A stretch of DNA of 64,000 nucleotides from Ginglymostoma cirratum (GCA_024137785.1 JAHRHZ010000111.1:7244409-7308408); one strand, 5' to 3'; shown: positions 1-13,184, counted from the stretch's first letter. Made by a program: numbers and translations. The notes: a model not told the origin generated them from the letters alone.

Positions 1-608
1 TCCAGGTCTCTAATGGACCCCTTGCATGGACATATGGGACAAAGACAGATATATGGAGTTAGGCTACAAAGCAAATAAGATCACAATGAATGGTGGCAGG
101 TTTAAAGGGTTAAATGGCCCACTCCGGCAACTTGGTCAAAATGTTTAGCCTTCAAATCACAACCAAAACAGATTAGTCACTCATCATTACATTTTGTTTA
201 TTGGGGCCTTGCTGCCCTTAAATTGGTCACTGCATTTCCGATATTATATTTCAAGAGAACTTCCTTGGTTGTAAAGCACGTTGGGATGTCCCAAGAGCGT
301 GAAAGCCGCTACTGAAATACAAGTTCCTGACTTTAACTGCCATCATTCTGCCCACAACCATAGTTATGCCCAAACACATTCTGGGATTTCTAAGCTGCCT
401 CTTGTATTCCAGTACCCCTTAAAATTTGTCCTCACTTACAGCTCTTTGCAACTTGGCATTTTCATATCAGAACCCAATTTATCATGGCCCGAACTAAAAA
501 GAAAACAAGACTTGGCTTTCTCTCACCTCTCAACATGAACAATTATCTCTATCTATGGATTTGCAGAAAATGACAAGTTTTTTTTAAAAAAAAGCAAAGA
601 ACACAAAC

Positions 609-739
609 ATGCATGCAGATGGCAAAATCAGCAGCATCCTTCCTAGTGCTGCATCGTGGATGAAGGAAGAAACATCCAGTGTTGACGAGAAAATTGTAGA
701 CAGGACAGTTTTCTGGTGGTTTCCAATTAGTCTTTCCAC
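609..739 (-). CDS. ZNF451: ZNF451 exon 12, PIN-like domain; gene continues beyond the window
   Basis: tacatag|gt...cat|gtttgt, 131 bp. Translates GKTNWKPPENCPVYNFLVNTGCFFLHPRCSTRKDAADFAICMH. Confidence 0.93.
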
Positions 740-1329
740 CTATGTAAAAATGAATTAGAAAGAGAATTTGAATAGTAAGAAAAGGTGAGCACTTTTTAAG
801 AAAAACACATAGTTCACTGCTAAGGAAAGGATGTTGAGACTTACCACTCACATAACATAACAATCTCAATGAAAGCACACAGCTGCTTTTGCACACCTCG
901 GAAACTCTCACTCAGTAACTAAATGGATATTACTTACTCACAACATCGCATGAAAATTTAATGTCAATCAAATTAAAATTTTCTCCCTGTTCCCATCCTA
1001 AACCTGGTCGATCTTATGGTAAAGTAATAACTTAAGTTTACTTTAAGGATATAACATTAGTAGAGATGACCGCAAATAAGGACTTGTGCCTTCTAAAATG
1101 TTAACAAAAGTTGATTAGTTTTCAGATGGTTGCAAGTGGGCAAAGATTTCCCAAAAGGATTAATATTGCCACTTCATAGGGATACAGAGATACCATGTGG
1201 GGGTGATGTGCAGACTAGCATAGAAGAACACCAAGTCAGCCTTAAAGGCAATGCGAATATAGCCAAGTTAATGCTCACGGGAGCATGGCAAGGAGTCTTT
1301 ATTTTGAATTGGTACAAGTAGTCTTGTGA

Positions 1330-2960
1330 GCAAGGTATTGATTAACACATGGGGATGTGATATGATTGCCATCATAGAGACATTGCTGAGAAAAGGACAG
1401 ACAGACAGGATGGAGTATATATTGTTTAGGCAAGACAGGGTGTAGTGTAAAAGAGGTGGGGTCACAATATTGATCAAGGAGTCAATTACTGCAATAAGAA
1501 GGGATCATATCTTGGTTCCCAAAATGAGGCTGCCTGGGCAGAACTTTAAAATAAAGAGGGGGCACTTTGCAAAAGGCCTAGTATAGAACTGTAAACAATC
1601 AGGGAGAAATAGAAAATGGAGGCATAGGCAAATCTTAGATATGTGTAAAAAATAGGTAATAATAGTAGGAGATTTCAACTTCCCCAATATTACCTAGGAC
1701 AGACAAAGTTTGAAAGGTTTAGAGGGAGCAGAATTCTTAAAATGCATCCAGGAGAGCTTTTTAAGCCAGCAAGTTTAAAGTCCTACAAGAAAGGAAGGGA
1801 CACTGAACCTAATTTCAGGGAACAAAGCCAGGCAAGTGGTGGACGTGGCAGACGTGGCATTTTGGTGGCAGTGAACGTAATTCAATAAGATTTAAGTTGC
1901 TTATGTACAAGAACAAAGACAGACCAGAAATAAAGACGCTGAACTGGGGAAAGGCTTATTTTAATACAGGTCAAGATCTGGTCCAAGCGGACTTGGAGCA
2001 GCTATTTGCAGGAAAATCCACATCAAAGTCATGGGAATCATTCAAAAGGGTAATTTTGAATGTGCAGGGTCAACATAATTCCATAAAGGAGAAGGTGGGA
2101 TCAACAAGTCCAGAGAAGCCTGAGTGTCAAGGGATGTACAGCATTGGATAATCAAGAAAAGCAAGTATATGGCAAATACCAAGGGCTCAAACTATACATT
2201 TCTAGAGGAATATAGAAAATGCAGGGGTCTCTTAAAAAATAAATTAGGAGCGCGAAGAGGAGATTGATAGGTAACATTAATGAAAATCCAAAGGTGTTTT
2301 ATTAGTATTTTAGAGGCAAGAGAATGACCAGGAAAAGAGTAAGGGCCATTAGAAACCCCATTGGCATTGCTCTCCTGGATGCATTTTAAGAATTCTGCTC
2401 CCTCTAAACCTTTCAAACTTTGTCTGTCCTAGGTAATATTTGCCTATGCCTCCATTTTCTATTTCTCCCTGATTGTTTACGGTTCTATACTAGGCCTTTT
2501 GCAAAGTGCCCCCTCTTTATTGTTAAGGTTTTAAGTGAGTACTTTGAATCTGAATCTGTATTCACTAAAAAGAATGAAGCTGTAGGTATCCAAATCAGGG
2601 AAGAGGGAAGACTATAATATACTTAAATTAGCAATGAGACGAAGTTGTTTGTGGTTTTAGCAGGCATGACAGTGTGCAAGTACCCTGGCCCAGGTAGGAG
2701 CCAAGGGCGGAGATTCAAGTTAATGAACAGAAGGCATAGAGAGGATGCAAGGAATTTTTTTTCACCCAGGTGATGGTGGGTATCTGGAACCTACTGCCTA
2801 AAAAGGATAGTAGAGACAGGAATCTGAGACATTTAAAAGTATTTAGATGAGCACCTAAAACACCACAGGAGAAAGATGACAGGTCAAGTGTGAAAAACAG
2901 AATTAAAATAGATGGATGCTTGATGGCTGTTGCAGACACAATGGACCAAAGGTCCTTTTT
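1330..2960 (+). mobile_element. Decayed CR1 LINE ORF2 (endonuclease region) plus 3' end
   Basis: Broken frames with APE motifs (IAIIETLL, GGVTILIK, IIVGDFNFPNI, GAEFLKCIQESFL) and a CR1 3' end at ~2715-2960. Confidence 0.75.
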
Positions 2961-3279
2961 CCATCTTGTAAAAACTCTAAGACTTTGCTGAACAAAAGGT
3001 GAAATGCTTTTGTAGTTTAAAAAAAAGGAGCAATATTAGTCTGCCTAGTAGTAGGTTTAGTGCTATGGAACAGGAGACATTTTCACATTCATGAGTTTAA
3101 TGCTAGCCTTGGCTCTGTAGACAACGCTGTAGCTTCCTAGTCACAAGGTGTAGGTTCAACTTCCACACAAGGATCAGAGTATCACAATATGGACTGATAC
3201 TCCAATAAAATACTAAGGGTGTGCCACACTGTCAGAGATGGAATCAGTAACCCAGTACAATTGTAGTAACAATTGCATT

Positions 3280-4000
3280 CCAATCCCTTTGCAATAAAGA
3301 CCAACAAACTGTTTCCTAATTGTTTACTGTGCTTACATGCTAACTTATGAACCCAAGTGTCTCTGAACATCAACACTGAGCAGTTTCACACTTTAAAATA
3401 TCGGTTTTTCCATGTTTGCAACCAAAGGGTAAAACCTCATACTTCCCAACATTATATTCGACCTTCCAGCTTGTTGTCCATTCACGTAAACTGTCAAGAC
3501 CTCCAAGTCTCTTCACAGCTTGCACTCCCACCCAGCTTTGTATCATCAGCAAATCTAGATATATTACTCTGTCTCTTTGTCTAAGTCATTAATATAAATT
3601 GTAAATAGCTGAAACACCAGCAGTGATCCACATGGCACTCCACCACTCACAGTATATTAACTTGAAAATGCCCTGTTTCTCCATATCCTTTAACCAATGC
3701 TCTATCCATACTCATATCACACCCCCCGAACTTCTTCAACCCTTGTCTTCCACACTAACCATTTGTGTTGCCTCATGTAATAAATTATGAAAATTCAAAT
3801 ATAATTCAATACATCTATTGCTGCCCCTTTACCTGCCCTACTAGTTACATGCTCAAAAATCCCTCAATAAATCTGTCAAACAAGATTTCCATTTGGTCAA
3901 ACTATATCAACTTGCTCTAATCATACTATGCTTTCCAAGTGCATTAAGACATCCTTAATAATAAATTCCAGCAATTTCCCAATGACAGATGTCAAGTTCC
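3280..4000 (-). mobile_element. Decayed CR1 RT fragment
   Basis: Minus strand shows ISRFADDTKLGG and VEYNVGKYEV motifs. Confidence 0.7.
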
Positions 4001-5454
4001 CCATTTTCTAGCTCCAACCTTCCCTAACTAATAGGGTCTCCAATCCTTCCAAAATGGTTGGGCGTCTCCTGAAATCAGCACTGATCTCCTGCTGGCTATT
4101 GAAATCAACCCAGAAGATCTTAACATGTTAATTTAAGGGATTATATTACCATGCACCATAACTTGTTCACAGATGCTCAGCATTCATTGTAAACAGTGAA
4201 CTAACCATCGTATACAGTATGATACATCGGTATTGATATAGATAACATGTGTATACTGCACTCTAACGTTGTTGCCTGTTCTTTCATGTCAAGATAGCTT
4301 AAGGCTAAAATTGTTGTAGAGAATGGTATACATGAGTATGCTGCATATAGTAAAAATGCATGACGGATTGGTGACTGTTGTATCTCTGGGTGTGAGAATG
4401 CTTGGTAGAAGGCTCAGAGGGCTAATCATCCGCCCCGGGCCTGTGAGGCTAAACACAGTCTGAGCAGGTAGGCAAACTTCTGCGGGAAGCAAGCAGTGCG
4501 CCACAGTCACCAGAAGGCAGCTCGCTCCACTCAGACTTGGGCTCTGTTTGCTGCAACACTGCAACCAGGAGCAGGGAACGTTACAATGCTGAGTCTGTTA
4601 CTAACATAGCCATCAGGAAACTGCAGGCCAGGGTCATCACTGGCCAGAGAATGGAAAGGCAAGACAGCCATGTGTCAGAGCATGCGTAAGGGGATGAAGA
4701 TTCAGCAGCAGCTGCTTTGAAAGAGTCACTGCCAAACTGCAGTTCCAACAGGTACCTGAATGCAGCCATATTTGAATAGGGCAATCCTAACCAAAGACAG
4801 TGACACAAAGTACTTTTGTTTATTTACATGCAAAGAAACCTATCTCCTCCCATTAGAGTCTGGGGCTTTGGACTTTGCCTCTTGCCTTGATGGATTCACC
4901 CACACTGCCAGGATTCAGTGACTGCCTTCTCTGCCAACACCTCCCAAGACCTGGTCAATGCGAAGTTGGTAACCCAACTGAATAACAGTGTTACTTTCAA
5001 TTTCTAATCTACTGGGACTGCTGCAGGATCCCTGAAATCTTGCAAAGTCAAAACCAGCATCCATGTCGTGCCTCATTTCTCCAGCTGCTACATGGCCCTT
5101 CGAAGTCTGTGTGCAGGAACAGCGGCTGCTGGAGAATGCAAAAGTGAACTTGTCAGCAGGGCAATCAGCATGCGTGCACCCTTGGAGCAAATGCACAGCC
5201 ATGCAGTTTCAAGGGAATGTTAGCCAGCACACCCACGATCTCTGCATCAATTGCATTTGGAAGTCCAGGGTATACACTATCAAGACTTAGGGAACTATCA
5301 GATTTCTGTTCTCCAACACGTTCACCTGGGTGCTACCAATCACCTTAGTTTCCTCATTCTGAAGCCTGGTAGCGTCTTGTAACTTTTTCAAGACAGTTTT
5401 CCCTTTCTAAAGCAACCCTCCCTTACCCCAAAAAAGTCAATATTTTGTACTAAC

Positions 5455-5616
5455 CTTGAAATCCCCAGAAAAAAGTGCCTTGATTAAGGTGTCCTGGTAA
5501 GTGGTTGAAAAAGCCCGTCCAGTTATCCAAATCGATGAAAACAAGATGTGTCATTGTGCGCAGTAGGTCCAAGTCAGGCAACTCTATGTCTTCTTCCTGG
5601 TTTATGGTTTCCTTTT
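5455..5616 (-). CDS. ZNF451: ZNF451 exon 11, start of C-terminal PIN-like domain
   Basis: ctaatag|aa...caag|gttagt, 162 bp, phase 1/1. Translates KETINQEEDIELPDLDLLRTMTHLVFIDLDNWTGFFNHLPGHLNQGTFFWGFQ(G). Confidence 0.93.
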
Positions 5617-7220
5617 CTATTAGTTAGGGATGGGGAAAAAGAAAAGACAGACTTTATTGTTGCAAAGAAATTGTTGCAAACTTGCAACCTCAGTAAGTCA
5701 TATGGATAAAGTATGAATATACTACATATCAAGAAGCACTTAGTTAAATTCAACAGGCCTTACTGGAACAATATTAGGCTGTTAACAACTCTATTATTGA
5801 TGGAAAAATTTTGTATTTTTATCTTCCTTCTCTTATCTGTCCATTTTCTCTCTCTCAGAATCCAACTTTCTGTTCCTCTTTTTATTCCTCTTTCTAGAAT
5901 TGATTTCAACTCTTCACTTTCATTCACATTTCTCAGTCCTAAAATGTCATTGGTTTAGGACACAGACCGATGGTCACATCTTTTTCTAAAGTCCATGATC
6001 AGCCTCCCTGCATCAATCACACTTCCACCAATCACAGAACGTTGAGTTAGTGAGAGTGGACAGTTGAACAGTGTAAAAGACTCCAGCAAAAACTGGAGTT
6101 TTTACCAGCTTTTACCAAGTGCAGGCAGAATGGGTTGTTTAAAGAAGATACTAAGGAATTTTAATCCAATCCACCCACTCAGTGAATTTAAAAAGTAGGT
6201 GACTGCCAAAGAGACATCTGACTCAACTATATACAGAAATGCAAAAGATAGGAGCAGGAGTACACCATTCTGCCTTTTGAGCCTGCTCTACCATTCAATA
6301 TGATCACTGCTGATCAGAACATTAAACTCAGAACTCAGTTCCTGCTTCTCCCCACACCCTTTGTTCACATTAGGGCTAGAACTACATTTAACTCCTCCTC
6401 AAAAAGAACCCGGGTCACTCCAGCCTCATTTTTTTGAATGGAGAGGTTAATGGTGGTTATATTAAAATTATTCGGTTTACAGGTATTGCACTATCAGATA
6501 AAATTAAATTATCCTGAACTTTATGGTAGCATTTTCCACACAATTAAAGTATCACCTCCTGCTTCAGACTGAACAATGAACAGAAATCAGCCAAACGTAC
6601 CATCCTCTTTCCACAGGCTACTTTGAAGAAACATTTTGATGTGGGCACACCTGCTGTGGATGCATTTTCAAGGCAGGTGGATAAACAAATTTAAGGAAGA
6701 GGGGTGGGAGGAGGTCAATGAGCAGCATACACACCAGCAATGACCAGATATGCCAAATGGCCTACTTTGTGCTGTACATTCTATGTAACCACCGTTAAGG
6801 AGGTGACAGTAAACTGTATTCCATCACTAGGACAGTCAAGTTCGGAATCTCAGCTCATGGTCAAATAGGATGTCAAGTTTGGAAAAAGTTTGGTTCCACC
6901 GGTGACAGTGGTAAGGGGGTGAAGACAGAATATAACAGCTATGGTCATACAGTTTCACAGCATGGAAAAAGGCCCTTCAACCCACTGCGTCTACACTGAT
7001 CATCAAGCACCTACCTATTTCAATCCCATTTCCAACACTTGGCCTGTAGCCTTTTATTCCATGGTTTTTCAAGTGATGATCTAAATATTTCTTCAATGTT
7101 GTGATGGTTCTCACCTTTACTGCCCTTACCGTGAAACATGAATGAGCCAGTTTAGTTAACCTGTGTAACAACAACAGGGGCCTATAAACTACCCTACTTC
7201 TTAAACCTTGTTAGACTAAA

Positions 7221-7370
7221 AGATAACAAGGCGTAGAGCTGGATGAACACAGCAGGCCAAGCAGCATCAGAGGAGCAGGAAGGCTGACGTTCCTGCTTGG
7301 CCTGCTGTGTTCATCCAGCTCTACACCTTGTTATCTCAGATTCTTCAGCATCTGCAGTTCCTACTATCTC
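7221..7370. mobile_element. Short foldback element (Penelope-like terminal repeat derivative) with 14-bp TSD
   Basis: Arms gataacaagg...caggccaagcag and ctgcttggcctg...ccttgttatc; TSD tagactaaaagata at 7212-7225 and 7371-7384. Confidence 0.75.
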
Positions 7371-7849
7371 TAGACTAAAAGATATACAACTGACAGAGTC
7401 TGAATTAGTCTGGAGCATTCAAAATACCTTCGGTGCATTTAACTTGCAACAGTTTGAAACCTAGACCAAACAAAAGATTTGGCTGCCACAGCGATCAGAC
7501 AAAAAGACTCATTACTAATGGATCTGCCAGCATGTGTGCAGGGATAAACAAACTTAATACTTCAGATCAGTAACCTTACATCAGTTCTAATGAAACATAA
7601 ACTCTTTTTTTTCTTTGTTCACAGATAATGTCTGACCTAAGTATTTCCAACATCTACAAGTGTTTTGTATTTGAATGTGGTCAGTATCAAGCCTATTTGG
7701 AGTAAATGTGTTCAGTCTTGGGGCCTTCACAGAAATGTATATCAGTAAGACTACCTTGGTCTGGGAAGGGATACAATGCAGATTAAGTAGACTACTACTA
7801 GAGTTATAAACGATTAAATTGAGAGGTTACATTACTTAGAAAACTAATA

Positions 7850-8060
7850 AATAGCTCAGTTGGCTGGACAGGTAGCTTGCAAAGCTGAGTGGCACTAACA
7901 GCATAGGTTCGGATGATGTTACCATGGAGAATTCTCCTTCTCAACCACTTCCCTTACCTGAGGCATGGTGACCCTCAGGTTAAACCACCAGCTGTCCCCT
8001 CTCTAATGTAGAGAGCAGTCCTACGGTCGAGTCGGACTATGACAACTTTACTTTAACCTT
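7850..8060 (+). mobile_element. tRNA-derived SINE of a further family
   Basis: tagctcagttgg A-box, ggttcg B-box-like motif, internal hairpin cctgaggcatggtgaccctcagg and actttactttaaccttt tail. Confidence 0.55.
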
Positions 8061-10371
8061 TACAATAGTAAATTGATTCAGCTATTGAATATGATTAAAG
8101 GATCCAGTACGTTATATATAGAGAAGCCACTTCCTTTGGTGGAAGGGCTCAGAATTAAGGGAGACAATCCTAAAATTACAGACAAGTCATTTGGGGTGAT
8201 GTCAGGAAGTTTTCTCCATAAAAAGATAGTGGAAATCTGGAGCTTGCTCTCCAAATGGATGAGGCTGGGGACGGGTCATGGTAGACCGATAGATTGTTTT
8301 CCCCCCGCAGTGCAAGAGTTTACATGTGTTACAGAAACAAAGTGTGTGAATTAACTTTACATATAGGCTTGATCAGCTGAATGGCCTCCTCCTGATCCTG
8401 TAGCTAGAAAAAGACATTGAGTTGTCAACCAGAAGAGGTAGACCCTGAACTGAAATGATAGTTAGCTTAAGTCATTTCTACAATGAAATCACCATGAGTG
8501 AAATTCAGATTACCTAAAACCCCAGATATGAATTTGCCAGCCATTCCTGGTGGTAAAATACAAGATCCCATAAAAAGGTGCTCATAATGAGCCAGATTTT
8601 TAGACTGGTGACTCCAGACTAGCCAAACTCACACACACCTGTCACGCAGCTATTCCCTGTAATTTTCTTTCCCCCATGCACAGGCTTCCAAGGTCCACGT
8701 GCAGCGGCAACTTCTGGAATTAGAAGTCAATGCCGCCATCAGGATGCCATGCACGGAACCCTGGAGCAGCTGTACCCACACAGCCATGCAGCTTAAAGGG
8801 AACATTCCTGTCAATCAAATGGAGCAGAGATAGGCTACGCTTGAGCTTACGGGCAAGCAGACCTGCAGCAATGGTGGTAGAATGGTCTTCTCACATCCTG
8901 AACAAGTACACCTCACCCTCATTATCTGCTGATTTGTTACTGATGGATCTGCACACTCACAAGGTCAGCACCAGATGCCACTTCTTTCTCCCCGACATTA
9001 ACTCATCCATTCTGAGCACACGGTCCTTTGCATTGTCTGCATTTTTGTTATCCATGGAGGGCTCATGCCCCTCTCCCTTGTGGTTGACGAGGATGAGGTG
9101 TGTTTACCAGGATTTCAAGCAAATTTTACCCGATTTCTCCCAATACAAATGGCATTAAATAGGCTGCAGAGATGTTCCAGGATTTTGTACTGCAGCACAG
9201 AAGTACATGAAACATGCTCAGCTGCACTGATGACGTGGCAGACTCATCTGAAGATGGCGTGCTGAGCAAAAAGCAAATTACTGAGCTTTTCCCCTAGCTA
9301 AATCCTAAGAATCTGAAACACCTTTTACTGTGCAAGGTCAAGTCATTGCAAGGTATGTACAAATCAAAATATAAATTCATTTTAACATAATTCACTCTGT
9401 CTCTTTTTTTTCAGGTTTCTTTGACATCTAGTTCATTTGTAGGCACAGAGTATTATAAAGTGGGTTCGCTGGCTATATTGAAACCCCATTTAACAACAAT
9501 TTGTAGTTGGGCCCCCTCCAATTTGGCTTAGCATGATTTCACTGTATTTTCTACTTTATTGGCAGTGTTATTCCACCTTTGCAATTACCACATGTTATCT
9601 ACCAGCCCTTACAGTGAGTCTCAAGGTGCACAGTGGAAAATCTCAGTCTGTATTTCTTCAATAACTTATAAACCACTGTCAAATCTCCTTAAATGCATGT
9701 CCCATCTCCCCTACTTACTGTCACAAATAACTCGCAAGGTAAAAAATGTGACACTATAAAAATACAGACTGAAAAATTAGAAACTATAAAGCAGCCTTCA
9801 ATGCACTAAGTTCTTACCGATAAGTGACGCAACACATCACAAAGCTGCTACATTTGGAACTTAAAAGTGTGATCAATGAGTTTTTCCTTACAATTTGCTT
9901 TCTTTCAGACCCCAGACTGCTGTGAGGTGATGTACTCTGGTTAATTTGAGAAAGTAGTAGATTTTGAGAAAGAAATGACTTATGTAGAAAGGAGAACACT
10001 TTACCCAGCATGTACTGTGGCAGAAAAATCCTTCTCTCCAGCATCAAATGCTCACCCATTTGTCCTGGAGATAGAACAGTTTGTCTCAACATGGATGCTA
10101 GATTACTTTGTTCTATAATGGTGCTTTCAGTGCCTTTAGAGATGTTAATGCAATTACCGAGACTTTACAAATTTATGTTGTTGTGAAAATAATGACGCCC
10201 GCAAAGAAAAGACAAATGATCCCAGTATGTCCAAAGTGTATATAATTAACAGATTTTACTATAAATAGAGTGCAAGAGCCAGCGAGCCAGAGTGAGCCAA
10301 TTTTAAAATCTTTTGGTCAGCTGCAATACCGGGTATAGTATTAGCAGTTAATAATTTTATGATAAACATGC

Positions 10372-12122
10372 CCTCCCTCAGTTCAATCCATCGCCCACTA
10401 TCTTTTTGCTTTGGTCTCTTGACACAACCAGTGACCTCCCTGCCTTCCTGAGGAAGAGCTGCCACTGACCAGCTTGCTGGCATGGATTGGGCAAGTGTAA
10501 TATGAAGGCTACCTGTGGTTGTTGGAAGGACCTCATGACTGGACGAAGGCTCTGTATTTTCATCCTGAGGTGCTCCCTTGGCATTGCTGCATAACGTGGT
10601 CACATTAGGGAGAGTGGCTTCACCATCAACCGGTGAGAAAACAGCCGACTGCTGCTCCTCAGAAGAGCAGTGCTTACTGTGGTAATGCATTTGGGCACCT
10701 TCACAGTCATTGAAAGCCCTGCCGCAAATGCACTTGACTGTAACAGACCTGGTGTCTGCCTCACTCATCCCATGGCATTCCACCAGATGATTTTGGAGGT
10801 CTTCCTCAGATTGGGTTGTCGCTGAACATGAGCAGCGAAACCAGAGCTTCCCTTGTTCAAACAGGTGCTTCAAGCACTTGCCGCTGTCCTCCTTCCTTAA
10901 CTTTCTGGATTTATAGTGCAGCCGACACCCACAGGACATCAGTGAATATTCCTCTGGAGCTTCTTCCTCCATCTCTTTTGTGGTCACAGCATCGCCATGT
11001 TCCACAAAGACGTAATCAGTGCTGTGGAAAATTTTGTAATGCTCAAGAAATTCACCTTCGGAGTCAAACTCGATGTCATCACACAATCCACAGAAGTACT
11101 TGACATTTAGCTCATTGTTGTGCTGATCACGACTGTGACGGTACAAGGTTTCCACTCTGTGGAAGTGTTTCTTGCACAAGCCACAGCTGTATTTGTGAAA
11201 CTGATGGTTTGCCAGGCAGCGACAATGTTGAGCGACACTATCCTCTGAATCAAACATCTCTTCGCACAACCGACACTGCCAGGAGCCAATGGCCACAACA
11301 GCTTCTGGCTCGGGGCTACGTGGATCCAGCTGCAGCCAGTCACCATCTTTGCCTGTCAAATCCGCTGAGTTCCATGCTGATTTGGACGAAGAAGGCTCAA
11401 AAGAAACCAACTCCTCTTTATCCACCTGCTTCTCATAATAGTAAGCATGGCCACTGTGGCACTCCACAATGTGAGCCATCAGATCCTCTTTCCTTAGGAT
11501 CTCTGTATGGCAGCGTTCACACCAGAAACGGTAGTTGGTCAAATGGGCACCCCCATGACTACGGCTCATGTGCAAGCCGATAATTCCAGCGTCAAGCACC
11601 AATTTGCTGCACACCAAGCACTTGTGGAGGATGCCATTGGCTACCATGACATGTTTCTCCACTGCTTCTTCATTGTCAAACCATTGGTGGCATTCACAGT
11701 ACCACACCCTGGCTCCAAAGTGGCTATCACCTTCTACCTTTTCCTCCTTGACTTGCATGCTTTTGCTTTCTCTCTTGGTCCTCTTGCTGGAGTTGGGTGC
11801 GCCAGCCTCACTGGAACTTGTCTCAGCCAGAGGTCTTTTGAACGGAGAGTTCTTCTTGGCCTTGGACTGATCCAAAAGCATACGGAGATCAGAGGGAGTC
11901 TTGCTTTTCTCATTGAAGTGACAAAACTCCAAGATGGCCTTCTCCATGGTGCGAATCCACCGGATGTTGTGCATGGTTTGCTGAGTGTGCTGATTGATCT
12001 GACTGTCATCCACAAACAACTTTCGACAGTCCAGACAGCAGCCCCTCACTTTAAATATTGCAGCAACTTGGCTAATATCCTTTGTGGACACAGCAACAGG
12101 GCCAGCCCTTCTGCATCGCGTT
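10372..12122 (-). CDS. ZNF451: ZNF451 exon 10, large multi-C2H2 zinc-finger exon
   Basis: Lies within the 629-aa ORF; acceptor ttttgtag|a acg. About 9 C2H2-like motifs, e.g. CLVCSKLVLDAGIIGLHMSRSHGGAHL and CGLCKKHFHRVETLYRHSRDQH. The 3' boundary is inferred: phase-1 GC donor at 10371, alternative GT donor at 10512. Confidence 0.9.
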
Positions 12123-13184
12123 CTACAAAAAAAAGAAGAAAACCACATAGTTAAAGGTTTGAAACAACTTACACAGAAACAGTGAGGAGACCAATCAGGC
12201 CCCCAAATCTACTATTTGCAATTACATCTTAGTTGATGTGTACTGCAATTCCATTTAACCATGTTTTCTCTGCATCCTTTGATGCCCTTACCTCTTCATA
12301 CCTTTCACTCCTACTATCCCCGCCACCTACGGTCAGATAGGGAGATTTCCATTGCCCTTCATTTGAAAAAGTGGTTGCTCATCTCCTTCCTAAATTATCC
12401 ACTATTAACTTTATATTCCCTTCAATCCTGATTCCACCCACAAAAGGATGTTTTCTTTTAATTATTTGCCCTACCATATCCTTTTTTAACTCCAAAAACC
12501 TCAATCAGATCACCCTCCAATCGTCTACACTTGAACATTTTTGTCTTTATTTCACGATATCACTGGCTAGGCCAGCACTTATTGCCCATTCTGAGCTGTC
12601 CTTGAACTGACCGACTTTCCTAAGCCATTTCAGAGGGTAGTTAAAAGTCAGAGTAAAAATGACCAATTTCCTTCCCTGAAGGACATCAGAGAACCAAATG
12701 AACTTTTACAACAATTAATGATAATTACCAAGGTTACAATTAGTGAAACTAGCTTTGCATTCCAGATTTACTAATTGAATTTATCACTTGCGCCAACTGC
12801 CCAACAAGATTTGAACCAAGGCCTTAGGAATATTCACCTGGGTTCTGATTATGAGTCTAGAAACATAACCACTACACCACCAACTCCTCCTGAGTGACAA
12901 GGCATTTGCGGAAGGAGGCAAGGATGGTAAGATCAATTAAATTGGGAGTTTGAGAGCCAATGAAGATTGTTGCTGATAGATACTACCAGGAAACAGGGCT
13001 CCCTGCAAAATAGGATTGGGGTGATGATTTTTACAACTTGCAAAGAGCTTCCCGAGAATGGGAGATTTCAAGGCAAGGGGCACATTTTTAAGGTGAGAGG
13101 AGAGAGATTTAAAAAAGACATGAGGGGCAATTTTTTGTTTTACACAGAGCATGGTTCATGTGTGGAATGAACTTCCTTGAAGAC

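Noticed and set aside
10259-12148. 629-aa ORF as a stand-alone single-exon zinc-finger gene
   Set aside because: It begins in a polypyrimidine tract and splices in phase with the flanking ZNF451 exons.
11507-12154. 215-aa plus-strand ORF and other ORFs overlapping exon 10
   Set aside because: Antisense shadows of the ZNF451 coding exon, with no recognisable domain.
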